A stretch of 64,000 nt of DNA from Actinomycetota bacterium (GCA_051645425.1 JBOFBH010000012.1:35472-99471), one strand, 5' to 3'; positions 8,851-19,022 are shown, counted from the stretch's first letter. Translations and numbers: made by a program. Notes: generated from the sequence alone by a model not told the origin.

Positions 8851-9907
8851 CACGCTTCCCCGCTGATCCGGACGCACCGTTCCACAGCCAATCTTTCGAG
8901 GCCCGTGACGCAGCCTCCATGAGCTCAGCTCGTGGATTAGCGGTCGCGGTCGCTGCGGCGTATGCCTCAACGGCATCTCGGGCCGCGCCGACCAAACGTT
9001 GCGGGACCACCACCTGAACCACAACGCGAAGGTCACCCGTGGTTTTCCCGTGTTTGACCCCTCGACCACGGACTCTCAGCGTGCGCCCCGACGGCGTCCC
9101 CGCGGGGACTTTCACTCGGACCGTACTTGGGCCGCCCTGCGGTGCGAGCAGTGGGACATCGATGGTCGCACCCAACGCGACCTCAGCAAAACTCACCGGC
9201 ACCGTGACGACAAGATCATCGCCCTGACGACTGAAGACTGGGTCGGGTTCGACAGTGACCGTCACCAGAAGATCGCCTGCTGCAGCACCTGGGTCACCGG
9301 GATTTCCCTTGCCGCGCAACCGAATTCGCTGCCCGTCACGAACCCCGGATGGAATCCGGACCGTCACTGGCCGCCCATTGGGCAGTTGAAGGGTAACCGT
9401 CGCACCTTGGACCGCGTCACGGAAAACCAGCGATGTTGTCGCGGCCACATCGGATCCACGTTGCGGCCCGGCGGGGCCTCCGTGACCGGGAAAACCACCT
9501 CCGAAACCACCGCCCCCCATGCCGCGGAGAAGCTCTTCCATGTCGATATTGCCCGTACGAAATTGAGCTCGCCGAGCCCGCGCCCCACCACTGGCACCAC
9601 CGCTAAAAAGGCCACCAAGGAGATCCTCAAAGCCAGCACTGGCACCACTTCCACCGGGAGCGAACCGGGGCCCGCCATGCGTCATCGTCCGAATGGTGTC
9701 GTACTGCTGGCGCTGTTCGGCATCGGAAAGTACCGAATATGCCTCGCCAATCTCCTTGAAACGAGCTTCATTGCCGCCCGTGGCATCGGGGTGATGCGCC
9801 CGAGCGAGCCGACGATATGCCTTCTTAATGGCCGCCTGATCAGCATCAACGGGCACCTCAAGGGCGGCGTAGAAATCCTTCTCAAACCAGTCTTGACCGG
9901 CCATCAA
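8834..9907 (-). CDS. dnaJ: J-domain co-chaperone (DnaJ/CbpA type, no zinc finger)
   Basis: J domain DFYAALEV...AYRRLARAHHPD, a G/F-rich linker and the C-terminal substrate-binding domains are present. The translation contains no cysteine at all. Confidence 0.85.
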   Translation of the reverse strand: MMAGQDWFEKDFYAALEVPVDADQAAIKKAYRRLARAHHPDATGGNEARFKEIGEAYSVLSDAEQRQQYDTIRTMTHGGPRFAPGGSGASAGFEDLLGGLFSGGASGGARARRAQFRTGNIDMEELLRGMGGGGFGGGFPGHGGPAGPQRGSDVAATTSLVFRDAVQGATVTLQLPNGRPVTVRIPSGVRDGQRIRLRGKGNPGDPGAAAGDLLVTVTVEPDPVFSRQGDDLVVTVPVSFAEVALGATIDVPLLAPQGGPSTVRVKVPAGTPSGRTLRVRGRGVKHGKTTGDLRVVVQVVVPQRLVGAARDAVEAYAAATATANPRAELMEAASRASKDWLWNGASGSAGKRDDPSF

Positions 9908-9969
9908 CGCCGCCCTTCTTAAACCTCGATACCAACAAATCGACTACCTTCACCTGCGAGGTACCCCAA

Positions 9970-10599
9970 TCAGGGATCAGCGACCGCGACGCGAGCTGCC
10001 CGCAGGATTCGCTCCCCGGCGCGATACCCCGGTTGGAGCACTTGAACCACTGTGGGGACGTCTGTTCCTTCAGGCAGGTCGGCCTCGGTATGCATCAACG
10101 CTTCGTGAACTGCGGGGTCAAACGGCTCACCTGGTTCGCCAAACCGGGTGAGCCCAAAACGCTCCAACGCGGCTTCAAGCTTGTCGGTGATAGCGGCGAA
10201 CGGGCCACCATTGAGATCACCGTGCTGACGAGCTAGCTGCACATCGTCCATCACTGGAAGTAACGACTCTAAAACTGATGCCACCGCGAAGTCGCGGGCA
10301 ACGTCACGATCCCGTTCTACTCGCTTGCGATAGTTGACGTACTCAGCTTGCAACCGTTGTAAATCAGCTAACCGCTCAGCCGCAAGTACGGCGTCACGTG
10401 AGCTCGCCTGATCTTCCTCTGGAACAGAAGTCCCGGAACCGTTGCTATCCGGGCTTTCTGAAGCCACCTGATCCCGCTGCCCGTCAATATCAGCAGGATC
10501 TCGGACGGCGCCGGTTTTTGGATCAATCCGCCGCCGATCTCGGACGACGGGGCCCTCATCTTCTTCTGAGTGCCCCGCCCCGCTGAGGGTGTCCGTCAT
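9970..10599 (-). CDS. grpE: Nucleotide exchange factor GrpE
   Basis: Sits between dnaK and dnaJ. Shows [24 protein letters not shown] and [16 protein letters not shown]. Confidence 0.95.
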   Translation of the reverse strand: MTDTLSGAGHSEEDEGPVVRDRRRIDPKTGAVRDPADIDGQRDQVASESPDSNGSGTSVPEEDQASSRDAVLAAERLADLQRLQAEYVNYRKRVERDRDVARDFAVASVLESLLPVMDDVQLARQHGDLNGGPFAAITDKLEAALERFGLTRFGEPGEPFDPAVHEALMHTEADLPEGTDVPTVVQVLQPGYRAGERILRAARVAVADP

Positions 10600-12503
10600 G
10601 CCTGGGCCTTTCCTGCACCCGGGTTATCGGCGTCATCAGATGAGGCACTTACCGGCTCGTCATCCACCACCTCGGCTTCAACGACATCGTCATCCGCCTG
10701 AGTTCCCGCCGCATCTGAAGCAGGTGGCCCAGCCTCACCAGCCGCAGCCTCGGCGGCGTACATCGCCTGACCAATGGCTTGACTGGCAGTGGCCAGCGCC
10801 TCCGTTTTCGCTTTTACCTCCGCGACTGGCACCTCCGCGGAAAGCGCCTGCCGCAACTCGGCGATGGCCTTCTCTACGTCGGCTTTCGGCTCAGCCGGGA
10901 CCTTCTCTTCGTTGTCCTTCAGAAATTTCTCCGTTGACCACACTAACTGCTCAGCTTGGTTGCGGGTTTCAGCTTCTTCCCGGCGCTGCTTGTCTTCGGC
11001 AGCGTGCTGTTCAGCGTCTTTGACCATGCGATCAATTTCTTCTTTTGGCAGCGCGCTGCCGCCGGTGATGGTCATGGCCTGCTCTTTACCAGTGCCTCGA
11101 TCTTTCGCGGAGACGTTGACAATGCCGTTGGCGTCGATGTCGAACGTCACCTCAATCTGCGGCATACCCCGGGGCGCGGGAGCGATTCCAGTGAGGTCAA
11201 ACGTGCCAAGGGGTTTGTTGTCGCGCGTCATTTCTCGCTCACCTTGGAACACCTGGATGGTCACACTGGGCTGGCTGTCAGCAGCCGTGGTGAACACTTC
11301 ACTGCGCTTGGTCGGGATCGCCGTGTTGCGTTCGATGAGCCGAGTCATCAGCCCGCCTTGGGTTTCAATTCCCAGCGAAAGCGGCGTGACGTCAATCAGC
11401 AGCACGTCCTTACGCTCGCCTTTAAGCACACCTGCCTGTAATGCCGCACCAACAGCCACGACCTCATCAGGGTTGACGCCTTTATTGGGTTCCTTGCCAC
11501 CGGCAAGATTTTTGACCAACTCGGCAACTGCGGGCATCCGAGTGGAACCGCCCACGAGGACGATGTGGTCGATGTCAGCGACAGCGACAGCGGCGTCTTT
11601 GATCACGTTGGCGAATGGCTCTTTGGTGCGGTCCAGCAAATCAGCCGTCATTTGCTCGAACTGGGCCCGAGTGAGCGTCTCATCCAAGTGGATGGGGCCA
11701 TTCTCAGTCATTGACAAGTACTGCAGCGAAATATTCGTGCTCATCGAGCTCGACAGCTCTTTTTTCGCTTGCTCAGCGGACTCCCGCAAACGTTGCATAG
11801 CGATTTTGTCTTTCGCCAGATCGATGCCGTACCCCGTGTTGACGGTGCGCAGCAGATGATCGACGATGCGCTGATCCCAGTCGTCACCACCGAGGTCGTT
11901 GTGCCCACTGGTGGCACGAACTTGAATGGTGGAGAAGTCATCTTCGTCTTTGCCTACTTCGAGCAATGAGACGTCAAACGTGCCACCGCCTAAGTCGAAG
12001 ACCAAAATGAGTTCATCTTCTTTGCCTTTTTCTAACCCGTAGGCGAGCGCCGCGGCGGTGGGTTCGTTGATGATGCGCAAGACATTCAGGCCAGCGATTT
12101 CACCGGCCTCTTTAGTGGCTTGACGTTCGGCGTCATTGAAGTACGCCGGGACGGTAATCACCGCATCGGTGACATTTTCGCCGAGATAGGACTCCGCGTC
12201 ACGCTTGAGTTTGCCGAGAATACGAGCGCTGATCTCTTGCGGGGTGTAACTCTTGTCGTCGATGTCGACGGTCCATGCCTTACCAACATGCCGCTTTACG
12301 GACCGAATGGTGCGATCTACGTTGGTGACGGCTTGGCGTTTGGCGATCTCACCCACGAGCACCTCACCGTTTTTGGCGAACGCCACCACTGAAGGGGTCG
12401 TCCGACCACCTTCAGCGTTGGCGATCACTGTCGGCTCGCCACCCTCCAAAACGGACACCACCGAGTTGGTCGTCCCCAGATCGATACCGACCGCGCGTGC
12501 CAT
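10596..12503 (-). CDS. dnaK: Molecular chaperone DnaK (Hsp70)
   Basis: [22 protein letters not shown] and the rest of the Hsp70 sequence. ATG at 12503 is preceded by AGAGGAGAA. Confidence 0.98.
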   Translation of the reverse strand: MARAVGIDLGTTNSVVSVLEGGEPTVIANAEGGRTTPSVVAFAKNGEVLVGEIAKRQAVTNVDRTIRSVKRHVGKAWTVDIDDKSYTPQEISARILGKLKRDAESYLGENVTDAVITVPAYFNDAERQATKEAGEIAGLNVLRIINEPTAAALAYGLEKGKEDELILVFDLGGGTFDVSLLEVGKDEDDFSTIQVRATSGHNDLGGDDWDQRIVDHLLRTVNTGYGIDLAKDKIAMQRLRESAEQAKKELSSSMSTNISLQYLSMTENGPIHLDETLTRAQFEQMTADLLDRTKEPFANVIKDAAVAVADIDHIVLVGGSTRMPAVAELVKNLAGGKEPNKGVNPDEVVAVGAALQAGVLKGERKDVLLIDVTPLSLGIETQGGLMTRLIERNTAIPTKRSEVFTTAADSQPSVTIQVFQGEREMTRDNKPLGTFDLTGIAPAPRGMPQIEVTFDIDANGIVNVSAKDRGTGKEQAMTITGGSALPKEEIDRMVKDAEQHAAEDKQRREEAETRNQAEQLVWSTEKFLKDNEEKVPAEPKADVEKAIAELRQALSAEVPVAEVKAKTEALATASQAIGQAMYAAEAAAGEAGPPASDAAGTQADDDVVEAEVVDDEPVSASSDDADNPGAGKAQA

Positions 12504-12582
12504 GGTTTCTCCTCTAAGTCCGGCCACCGAAGTGGTGGCACGTGAGTGTTGCACTTACAAGCAATAGACCCGCAGCCTCAAA

Positions 12583-12603
12583 CATGAGCGGGGTGTACTC
12601 AAG
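12583..12603 (-). promoter_or_regulatory. HAIR-like HspR operator 1
   Basis: CATGAGC-N7-ACTCAAG compared with the HAIR consensus CTTGAGT-N7-ACTCAAG. It lies about 80 nt upstream of dnaK. Confidence 0.6.
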
Positions 12604-12644
12604 TTTGGAAGAGATGGTGCGCGCTGTCAATTCGTGACCCGAAG

Positions 12645-12665
12645 GTTGAGCGGAGGAGACTCATA
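12645..12665 (-). promoter_or_regulatory. HAIR-like HspR operator 2
   Basis: GTTGAGC-N7-ACTCATA is a second copy of the inverted repeat, about 140 nt upstream of dnaK. Confidence 0.55.
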
Positions 12666-12843
12666 GCTCGAAAAATTGGGACGCAAAGTAACCCTTTAAC
12701 CACAGAGCGACCACCTCGTTGCCTCTCAACGAGTCATCATTGAGCTGCACCTAGACAGGCGCCAGGAATTCCCTTTACCGTCTTCGCGGGGGAGCCCGCT
12801 CGGGGCATGACCGATGTTCGCTTACATCAACGGAAGCTGACCC

Positions 12844-13341
12844 ATGAGGCATAACCCCCGGACCCGTGACCGTGCCTTAACCACCTTGACGACCCTCACG
12901 GGCGGCATCACCATAGCCGCCGTTGCCGCTTCTGGTTGGGCGAGTGCGGTCGCTGCTCAAACCACTGAAGAAGATCAAGCAGCTCAACCTGCGGCCCCCA
13001 GTGCATCTGTTAGCACTGCTTCGGCAACGACTCAACCCACCATCACCACGACCGCATCGGCGACGCGTACTCGGGCGACTAAGACATCACGATCAGCCGT
13101 CAGTACGGAAACGACCCGTCGAGTATCCGACCCCGAATCCACCTTGGTCAGCTCGACGTCAGAGCCAGCCGGCAACACGCCACGTCCTGCACAGTCATCA
13201 ACCACCACATCATCAGCAACCAAGGAGCCAACGGCTCGGACAACATCGAGCACTCGCCCACCGGAGACCACTGCCCCCGCACCTGTTGCGTCATCAAGTA
13301 CCGCATCCCCCATGCCCACCGTCACCTCCAGCGGATCTTGA
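12844..13341 (+). CDS. Membrane-anchored Ser/Thr/Ala-rich low-complexity protein
   Basis: One N-terminal TM (LTGGITIAAVAASGWASAV) followed by about 120 aa of S/T/A/P-rich sequence. Its stop overlaps the apbE start. I recognised no globular domain. Confidence 0.5.
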   Translation: MRHNPRTRDRALTTLTTLTGGITIAAVAASGWASAVAAQTTEEDQAAQPAAPSASVSTASATTQPTITTTASATRTRATKTSRSAVSTETTRRVSDPESTLVSSTSEPAGNTPRPAQSSTTTSSATKEPTARTTSSTRPPETTAPAPVASSSTASPMPTVTSSGS

Positions 13342-14309
13342 GTACCAGCATCGTCCCAGCGCCCACAGCTCTCCCCGCAGCAACGTGGAACACCCTGGGT
13401 AGCTACGCGCAATTGGCGACTGAACCAATCACCGCACTACCCGACGCATTCGCATACGCCCGCGACATCCTCGACGAAGTGGACCGAACATGCAGTCGAT
13501 TTCGTCCCGACTCTGAACTAGTCCGAGTCAACCATCACGCCGGACGCCAAACTCGGGTGAGTTCGTTGCTCGCTCATGCCATTGCCGTAGCGGTGGATGC
13601 GGCGCGCCAAACCAGAGGGTTGATCGATCCCACCATCGGCTTTTCTCTTCAGGCTCTTGGTTACGACCGGGATTTCGCCCTCCTTGCGGATGCCTCTCAT
13701 GAACCCTGCGCTATCCCGCGGCCGGTCCACGCTGGGGCCTGGCAGAACATTAAGGTGGACGCCGACGAAGGACTCTTGACCATCCCAGCGGGGTGTGTGC
13801 TTGACCTCGGTGCCACCGGAAAAGCCTGGGCAAGTGATCTTGTCGCTGCCAGCATCGCCGAGCGATTCGGAGTCGATGTCATCGTCAGCTTAGGTGGGGA
13901 TGTCTCCATCGTCGGGGAGACAAAGTGGCCGGTTCGGTTCCAAGAAATCACACCAACAGAAAAGGCATCCACTAGCGCTGCGCTCGCAGACCCCGAAGAT
14001 CTTCAATGCAGCGCTGGTGGCGCAGCGACCTCCACGGTGTTAGCTCGACGCTGGTCACGCCAAGGAAGTACCCACCACCACCTGCTTGACCCGAGGACTG
14101 GTGAGTCCGCTGCCGGGCCCTGGCGCACTGTCAGTGCACTAGGACGCTCCGCGGTCGCCGCTAATATCGCTAGTACTTCCGCGATCCTTCTCGGCGAGAA
14201 CGCTTGGGTTTGGCTAGCCGAAAGATCCGTGCCAGCGCGATTAATTGGCACCAGCGGCACGGTGCGACATACCTCCCATTGGCCTGTGCCCGTCGGAGAA
14301 ACAGCATGA
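13338..14309 (+). CDS. apbE: FAD:protein FMN transferase (ApbE family)
   Basis: EVDRTCSRFRPDSELVRVN, DPTIG, LDLGATGKAWASD and LVSLGGD match the ApbE pattern. Confidence 0.85.
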   Translation: MSTSIVPAPTALPAATWNTLGSYAQLATEPITALPDAFAYARDILDEVDRTCSRFRPDSELVRVNHHAGRQTRVSSLLAHAIAVAVDAARQTRGLIDPTIGFSLQALGYDRDFALLADASHEPCAIPRPVHAGAWQNIKVDADEGLLTIPAGCVLDLGATGKAWASDLVAASIAERFGVDVIVSLGGDVSIVGETKWPVRFQEITPTEKASTSAALADPEDLQCSAGGAATSTVLARRWSRQGSTHHHLLDPRTGESAAGPWRTVSALGRSAVAANIASTSAILLGENAWVWLAERSVPARLIGTSGTVRHTSHWPVPVGETA

Positions 14310-14968
14310 GGCAAAACCTCACCGCAGAAGACCTCGCGACGGCCTTCGGCGAAGCTCCGCTGTGGTACATCAACCGTGGCACTGGCGTCGTCCTTTTAGT
14401 GCTTTACACCCTCAGCCTGACTTTGGGCATGGTCGCGACTACCCGCTTCCAAAACCGCTGGTGGCCACGTTTTGTCACTCAAGGACTCCATCGCAATATC
14501 GCATTTCTTGCCCTCGCCCTCCTGGTGGTGCACGCCGGCTCGTCCATTGTCGATGAATATGTAGACATTCGCTGGTGGCACGCGTTCATCCCAGTGGGGG
14601 CTACCTATGAGCCGGTGTGGCTCGGCTTGGGCACAGTAGCCAGCAACCTCATGGTGGCGACGATCCTCACCAGCGTGGTGCGCCACCGCATCGGCCACCG
14701 CTGGTGGCTCAGCGTCCATCTGACGACTTACCCTGGCTTCATGATTGGTGTGATTCACGGCCTCGGTATGGGGACGGACGCCGGTGAGTCGTGGAGTGTG
14801 ATCACCACCATCGGCTGTATCGCACTAGTAGTGGTAGCTATGGTGATTCGGCTGATCGTATTAACTCGTCCCGAGCCCTCGCCCGTACCGTTGCCTCACC
14901 CTCGGGCCGCCCTCACGCGCCGCCAAGCCAAAGCGGCACGCTCACACCGAACCAGGAGGACCCAATGA
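14306..14968 (+). CDS. Ferric-reductase-like transmembrane domain protein (heme b type, MsrQ/FRD-like)
   Basis: ATG 14306 overlaps the apbE stop (ATGA). It has 5-6 TM segments with conserved His residues (HRNIAFLALALLVVH, VHLTTYPGFMIGVIH). Confidence 0.75.
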   Translation: MRQNLTAEDLATAFGEAPLWYINRGTGVVLLVLYTLSLTLGMVATTRFQNRWWPRFVTQGLHRNIAFLALALLVVHAGSSIVDEYVDIRWWHAFIPVGATYEPVWLGLGTVASNLMVATILTSVVRHRIGHRWWLSVHLTTYPGFMIGVIHGLGMGTDAGESWSVITTIGCIALVVVAMVIRLIVLTRPEPSPVPLPHPRAALTRRQAKAARSHRTRRTQ

Positions 14969-16473
14969 AGGGGGCACCTACCACCGTCGCAGCGGCCGTG
15001 CACCCCGGGCCCATGGTGCTGGAGCACATCGCTGAAGATTCTTCTTACCGGGCACATCGGGAGCGGGTCGGACGCCTGGAACGCCGACACGCCAGCAAGC
15101 TCATCGAACTCACCGCTCATGTTGATCTTCGCGGGTGTGGGGGTGCGGATTTTCCCTTCGCCGCCAAGGTGGACGCTTGTCAAAGCCAGCGGTCCGTGGT
15201 GGTGGTAAACGTCGCAGAAAGCGAACCGACGAGCGTCAAAGATGCCACCCTTGCTATCGGCACCCCCCACCTCGTCCTCGATGGTGCTCAAATCACCGCA
15301 GAAGCATTGCACGCCAAAGACATTCACTTAGTCGCTCCCCAAGGGCGACCAGGGGTCGCCGTGGCCCTGCGAAAAGCAATCCAAGAGCGAGAAGTCGACC
15401 ACTCACCAGTGACTTGGCACCTGCACCAAACTCAAGACCGTTTCGTCGCAGGGGAAGCCAGTGCCGTACTGGAACTCCTCGCGGGACGGGAAAACCTTCC
15501 CGTCACCAGAACGGCACCAGCAACCGAGCGAGGCGTACGGGGCCGGCCCACGGTGCTATCGAACGCCGAAACCTTCGCACGTGTTGCCGTCCTCTCACGG
15601 ATCGGCCCGGGCGCTTACATCGCGCAAGGTCGGCCGGGATCCTCCGGGACCGTCCTGGTCACAATCAATAGCAACGGTTTACAACCAAATGTGCATGAAC
15701 TTCCCTCCGGGACCACCCTTGGTGAGGCGCTTGGCCCGGCCTGGCAACCGTCGCAGCCTGTACTTCTCGGTGGGTACCACGGCACCTGGCTCCACCCTGA
15801 GGATGCCGCGACTGTTCGGCTGGACCGCTCCGCCGACGCCGGCAACCCACCCCTGGGAGCTGGAGCCATCCTGGCTTTAAGCGAGGGGCAATGCCCAGTC
15901 ATGCGGACCGCCCGAATCGCGAGGTTCCTCGCGGCGCAATCCGCGAATCGCTGCGGCCCCTGCAAGATGGGCCTGCCGGCGTTAGCCGTCGCAATTGACC
16001 ACCTAGCCCGTGGCATTGATACTGTCGGGCGCATTCAGGAACTCGCCTTATTGGTCATTGAACGTGGGGCTTGCGGGCACCCTGATGCCACGGCCCGCCT
16101 CGTCGCCTCCCTCTTGGTCGCCTTCCCGGATGAAGTGACGCATCACCAAAACGGACGGTGCGGCCTTGGCGCCCCAGTAGCCACCGCCGCGACCACGCCA
16201 GCCATCACTCATGGCGCGCCGGTCAGCACAGACACCTCAATGAGGTTGAGCCCGGTACTCACTCCGCTTCCTGATCCGGCAACGATTTCCGCTCCAGTGA
16301 ACGGCACGCCCATCGTGTTACCTGATCGGAATCTCATTCCGTCCGCAAGCACTTCGATTCCTCAGCCGCGTCCTGACGTTTCCGGTGAATTACCGGTGTG
16401 GCAGCCCGGTGGGATTTTACGCGGCCTCCCTCCCCTGCCAACCAGCAAGGAAACAGAAGGTGGTCATTCGTGA
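14965..16473 (+). CDS. NuoF-like NADH-binding/FMN/4Fe-4S protein with Pro-rich tail
   Basis: ATG 14965 overlaps the upstream stop (ATGA) and follows AGGAGGA. It shows GCGGADFPFAAK, an SLBB-like region and a CGPCKMG...CGHPD cysteine cluster as in NuoF/HoxF. Confidence 0.8.
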   Translation: MKGAPTTVAAAVHPGPMVLEHIAEDSSYRAHRERVGRLERRHASKLIELTAHVDLRGCGGADFPFAAKVDACQSQRSVVVVNVAESEPTSVKDATLAIGTPHLVLDGAQITAEALHAKDIHLVAPQGRPGVAVALRKAIQEREVDHSPVTWHLHQTQDRFVAGEASAVLELLAGRENLPVTRTAPATERGVRGRPTVLSNAETFARVAVLSRIGPGAYIAQGRPGSSGTVLVTINSNGLQPNVHELPSGTTLGEALGPAWQPSQPVLLGGYHGTWLHPEDAATVRLDRSADAGNPPLGAGAILALSEGQCPVMRTARIARFLAAQSANRCGPCKMGLPALAVAIDHLARGIDTVGRIQELALLVIERGACGHPDATARLVASLLVAFPDEVTHHQNGRCGLGAPVATAATTPAITHGAPVSTDTSMRLSPVLTPLPDPATISAPVNGTPIVLPDRNLIPSASTSIPQPRPDVSGELPVWQPGGILRGLPPLPTSKETEGGHS

Positions 16474-16787
16474 CTGCCGAGCTACGCGTTGATTGGCAGC
16501 GATGCACCGGGCATGGCCTATGCCATGAGCTCGTTCCTGAGATCGTCGATCTCGACGAGTGGGGTTACCCGATTATCCTGGAATCAATCACTGATCGACG
16601 GCTGCATGATCTTGCCAAACGGGCCGTGTCCGCCTGTCCAGCGCTCGCTTTGCGGCTCGACAGCGACGGCCCTGCGGAGGGGACGACAGGTTCGGTCCCT
16701 TTTGCTGCACCACCAATCCCGCACCCTGACAATACTTTTGACCGACCTTTGGGCGAGCGAAGCCGCCGCCGACGCGGACCCGCCTAA
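16470..16787 (+). CDS. Small single-cluster ferredoxin
   Basis: GTG 16470 overlaps the upstream stop (GTGA). The CTGHGLC...ACP pattern (CxxHxxC...CP) matches actinobacterial 3Fe-4S/4Fe-4S ferredoxins. Confidence 0.7.
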   Translation: MTAELRVDWQRCTGHGLCHELVPEIVDLDEWGYPIILESITDRRLHDLAKRAVSACPALALRLDSDGPAEGTTGSVPFAAPPIPHPDNTFDRPLGERSRRRRGPA

Positions 16788-16803
16788 TCCCAGCTGAAGT
16801 TGA

Positions 16804-17553
16804 TCAGACAAGTAATTCAGCGGCAATCGGTGTCACAACAAAAACAACAGCGATAACTGCCAAAGTTGTGTCAGCACCGGTCCATCGTGGGGGTGGGCAC
16901 GCCCACGTGCGGTCCAGACCAGGCCATCCGCGCGCTGGGACACCCCTGGCTTCCATTGAGACGGCCATGCGGTTCGACTCGCGCAAGGCGGCCACCAACA
17001 AACTAAACGTCACCGCCGCTGCTTCCTGCCCCCGGCGCAACGGCGACCACCGCGCACCCACCCCACGGACCCGCCGAGCGCGACGGATCTGTTGCCACTG
17101 ATCCGCAGCCCACTCCAGTCGGGTCAGCGACGCCACCACCACAACCACCACGCGCGACGACAACCTCAGCCGACCAGCAACCGAATCACCCACGACCACC
17201 GGATCCACCCACAGCGCGACTACGGCACCCGGAAGCACCATCGTGAGTACTCGCAGGCCAGATGTGACCCCCTCGCTCACCACCCCCTGCCCCAACCACC
17301 ACGAAGAGACCCCCACGCTGAACGCCGCAATCATCACCGGGAAGATACGCACCATCGTCAATCGGGAATGAGAGACCACAGTCGCACCGAGCGCCACCTG
17401 CACCCCTAAAGTGATCGCTCCGGCCCGCCAATCAGTGATCCACCAGGAGCCAAGAATCGGTGCGAAAGCCGCCAGCGCGAGTGAGCTTGGCCCGCACCGA
17501 GCAACGAGCGAGGAGCGCCGACGACTCACTCGCTTCCCCCAGCAGGGGGGCAA
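16804..17553 (-). CDS. ykoC: ECF transporter T component (CbiQ/EcfT; YkoC-like)
   Basis: Hydrophobic 249-aa ORF with the MAVSMEARG signature. It is last in the operon after the double ATPase. Confidence 0.8.
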   Translation of the reverse strand: MPPCWGKRVSRRRSSLVARCGPSSLALAAFAPILGSWWITDWRAGAITLGVQVALGATVVSHSRLTMVRIFPVMIAAFSVGVSSWWLGQGVVSEGVTSGLRVLTMVLPGAVVALWVDPVVVGDSVAGRLRLSSRVVVVVVASLTRLEWAADQWQQIRRARRVRGVGARWSPLRRGQEAAAVTFSLLVAALRESNRMAVSMEARGVPARGWPGLDRTWACPPPRWTGADTTLAVIAVVFVVTPIAAELLV

Positions 17554-19022
17554 ATCGCGACGCGATGATCGGCGAGATCGCCCAAAAAAGGATCATGCGT
17601 GGCGACTCCGACTGCGACCCCGACGTCAGCCATCGCTTGGAGAACACTCACCATGGCAGCCCAAGTAAGCCTGTCTTGCCCAGTCGTCGGCTCATCAGCA
17701 AGCACGATGGCTGGACAGTGCACGACCCCAGCGGCCAACGCCAGACGGCGCTGTTGGCCACCCGAAAGCCGGTACGGGTCTAGCTCCCACACGTGATCCA
17801 AACCGAGCACCTCAGCGAGCATTTCTGCTTTCGGTAATGCCACCGCCAATGGAATTTTAATCGCCCGTGAAGTAGCGAGGAGTTCGTCACGGACGGTACG
17901 AGTCACAAAAGTTTGCTCGGGAAATTGTGGAACCCACGCAACACGACGCGCCAAAGGGACCGACCGCCACCGCCATGGGCGCCTCTCGGCCCGGGCGGCT
18001 AACACCGGATGCGCAATCACACTGCCGGCTTGGGGCCGAGCGAGACCAGCCCACAGGGCAACCATGGTGGATTTTCCGGCCCCACTCGTACCGGTGACAA
18101 CTGTCAACTGACCACCGGTCAAAGTGGCGTGGTGACCACTCAAGGCGGGCGTTTCGCTGCTCCGCGCGCCATGCCGCGCGGAGCTCCACGGAGAACGGGG
18201 GTATCGGAAGACCACATTGTGGGCCACCATTGCATCGGACCCAGCTGGCACCAATGGAACAGTGCGATAAGTGGACTCTGAGATGCAAAATTCCTTGCCC
18301 GGCAATGGTTTTCGGGCTGGCCTTCCTTGGCCCGGCACCCACACCCCGGCCGCCAACAAGCCAGCTGTGGAGCCGACGAGAACTCGCGCCGGGCAGTCAT
18401 TCGCAGACACGTTCCCCGCCGCGTCTAACACCACCAGACGATCCGCGTGGTCTACCCACCCGTCCAAACGGTGCTCCACCACGACCACCGCGGCGCTGAT
18501 GTGTCGGGCAACTCGTTGAATCACTGCCCGCACCCGCGACGCCGCGCCGTCATCGAGCATGGAGGTCGGCTCGTCCAGGAGGAGCAGTGAGGGTCGCAGC
18601 GATAACACCCCCGCGAGCGCGAGAAGCTGGCGTTGCCCGCCTGACAATGCGGTGGTGGGGTGATCGATGGGGTACGACAGACCGACCAGTTCCAGCGCCT
18701 CATGCACTCGACGCCAGATTTCTGCTCGCGGTAGGCCAATGTTTTCTGGCCCGAAGGCGATATCTCGCCCGATGGTAGGGGCCACGGCACCAGATGTTGG
18801 ATCCTGGGGGAGGTACCCTACCCGTCCGGTCACTTCCACGACTCCGGTGAGATCACCCACTTGGGCGGTCGTCAGCACACCAGCAAGAGCCCGCAGCACA
18901 GTGGACTTCCCGGACCCACTTGGGCCAGTGAGTAGGATCTGCTCCCCCGGTGCGACATCAAAGTCCAGTCCGTTTAAGACGGCGCGGCGTCGCCCAGCAG
19001 GTCGCCAGGTGACGCCGCGCAA
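17526..19022 (-). CDS. ykoD: Fused double ABC ATPase of an ECF transporter (YkoD-like)
   Basis: Two Walker A sites (GPSGSGKST, GTSGAGKST), two LSGGQ signatures and two Walker B sites. The start is uncertain: there is no ATG, and in-frame TTG 19022, CTG 19034 and ATT 19040 lie near the ykoE stop. Confidence 0.8.
   Translation of the reverse strand: MRGVTWRPAGRRRAVLNGLDFDVAPGEQILLTGPSGSGKSTVLRALAGVLTTAQVGDLTGVVEVTGRVGYLPQDPTSGAVAPTIGRDIAFGPENIGLPRAEIWRRVHEALELVGLSYPIDHPTTALSGGQRQLLALAGVLSLRPSLLLLDEPTSMLDDGAASRVRAVIQRVARHISAAVVVVEHRLDGWVDHADRLVVLDAAGNVSANDCPARVLVGSTAGLLAAGVWVPGQGRPARKPLPGKEFCISESTYRTVPLVPAGSDAMVAHNVVFRYPRSPWSSARHGARSSETPALSGHHATLTGGQLTVVTGTSGAGKSTMVALWAGLARPQAGSVIAHPVLAARAERRPWRWRSVPLARRVAWVPQFPEQTFVTRTVRDELLATSRAIKIPLAVALPKAEMLAEVLGLDHVWELDPYRLSGGQQRRLALAAGVVHCPAIVLADEPTTGQDRLTWAAMVSVLQAMADVGVAVGVATHDPFLGDLADHRVAICPPAGGSE

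Noticed and set aside
8999-9922. 307-aa plus-strand ORF
   Set aside because: It is antisense to dnaJ, with biased composition and no motifs. It is a shadow ORF.
10789-11859. 356-aa plus-strand ORF
   Set aside because: It is fully antisense to dnaK and its product is Ser/Ala/Arg-rich low complexity. This is a typical shadow ORF of a high-GC gene.
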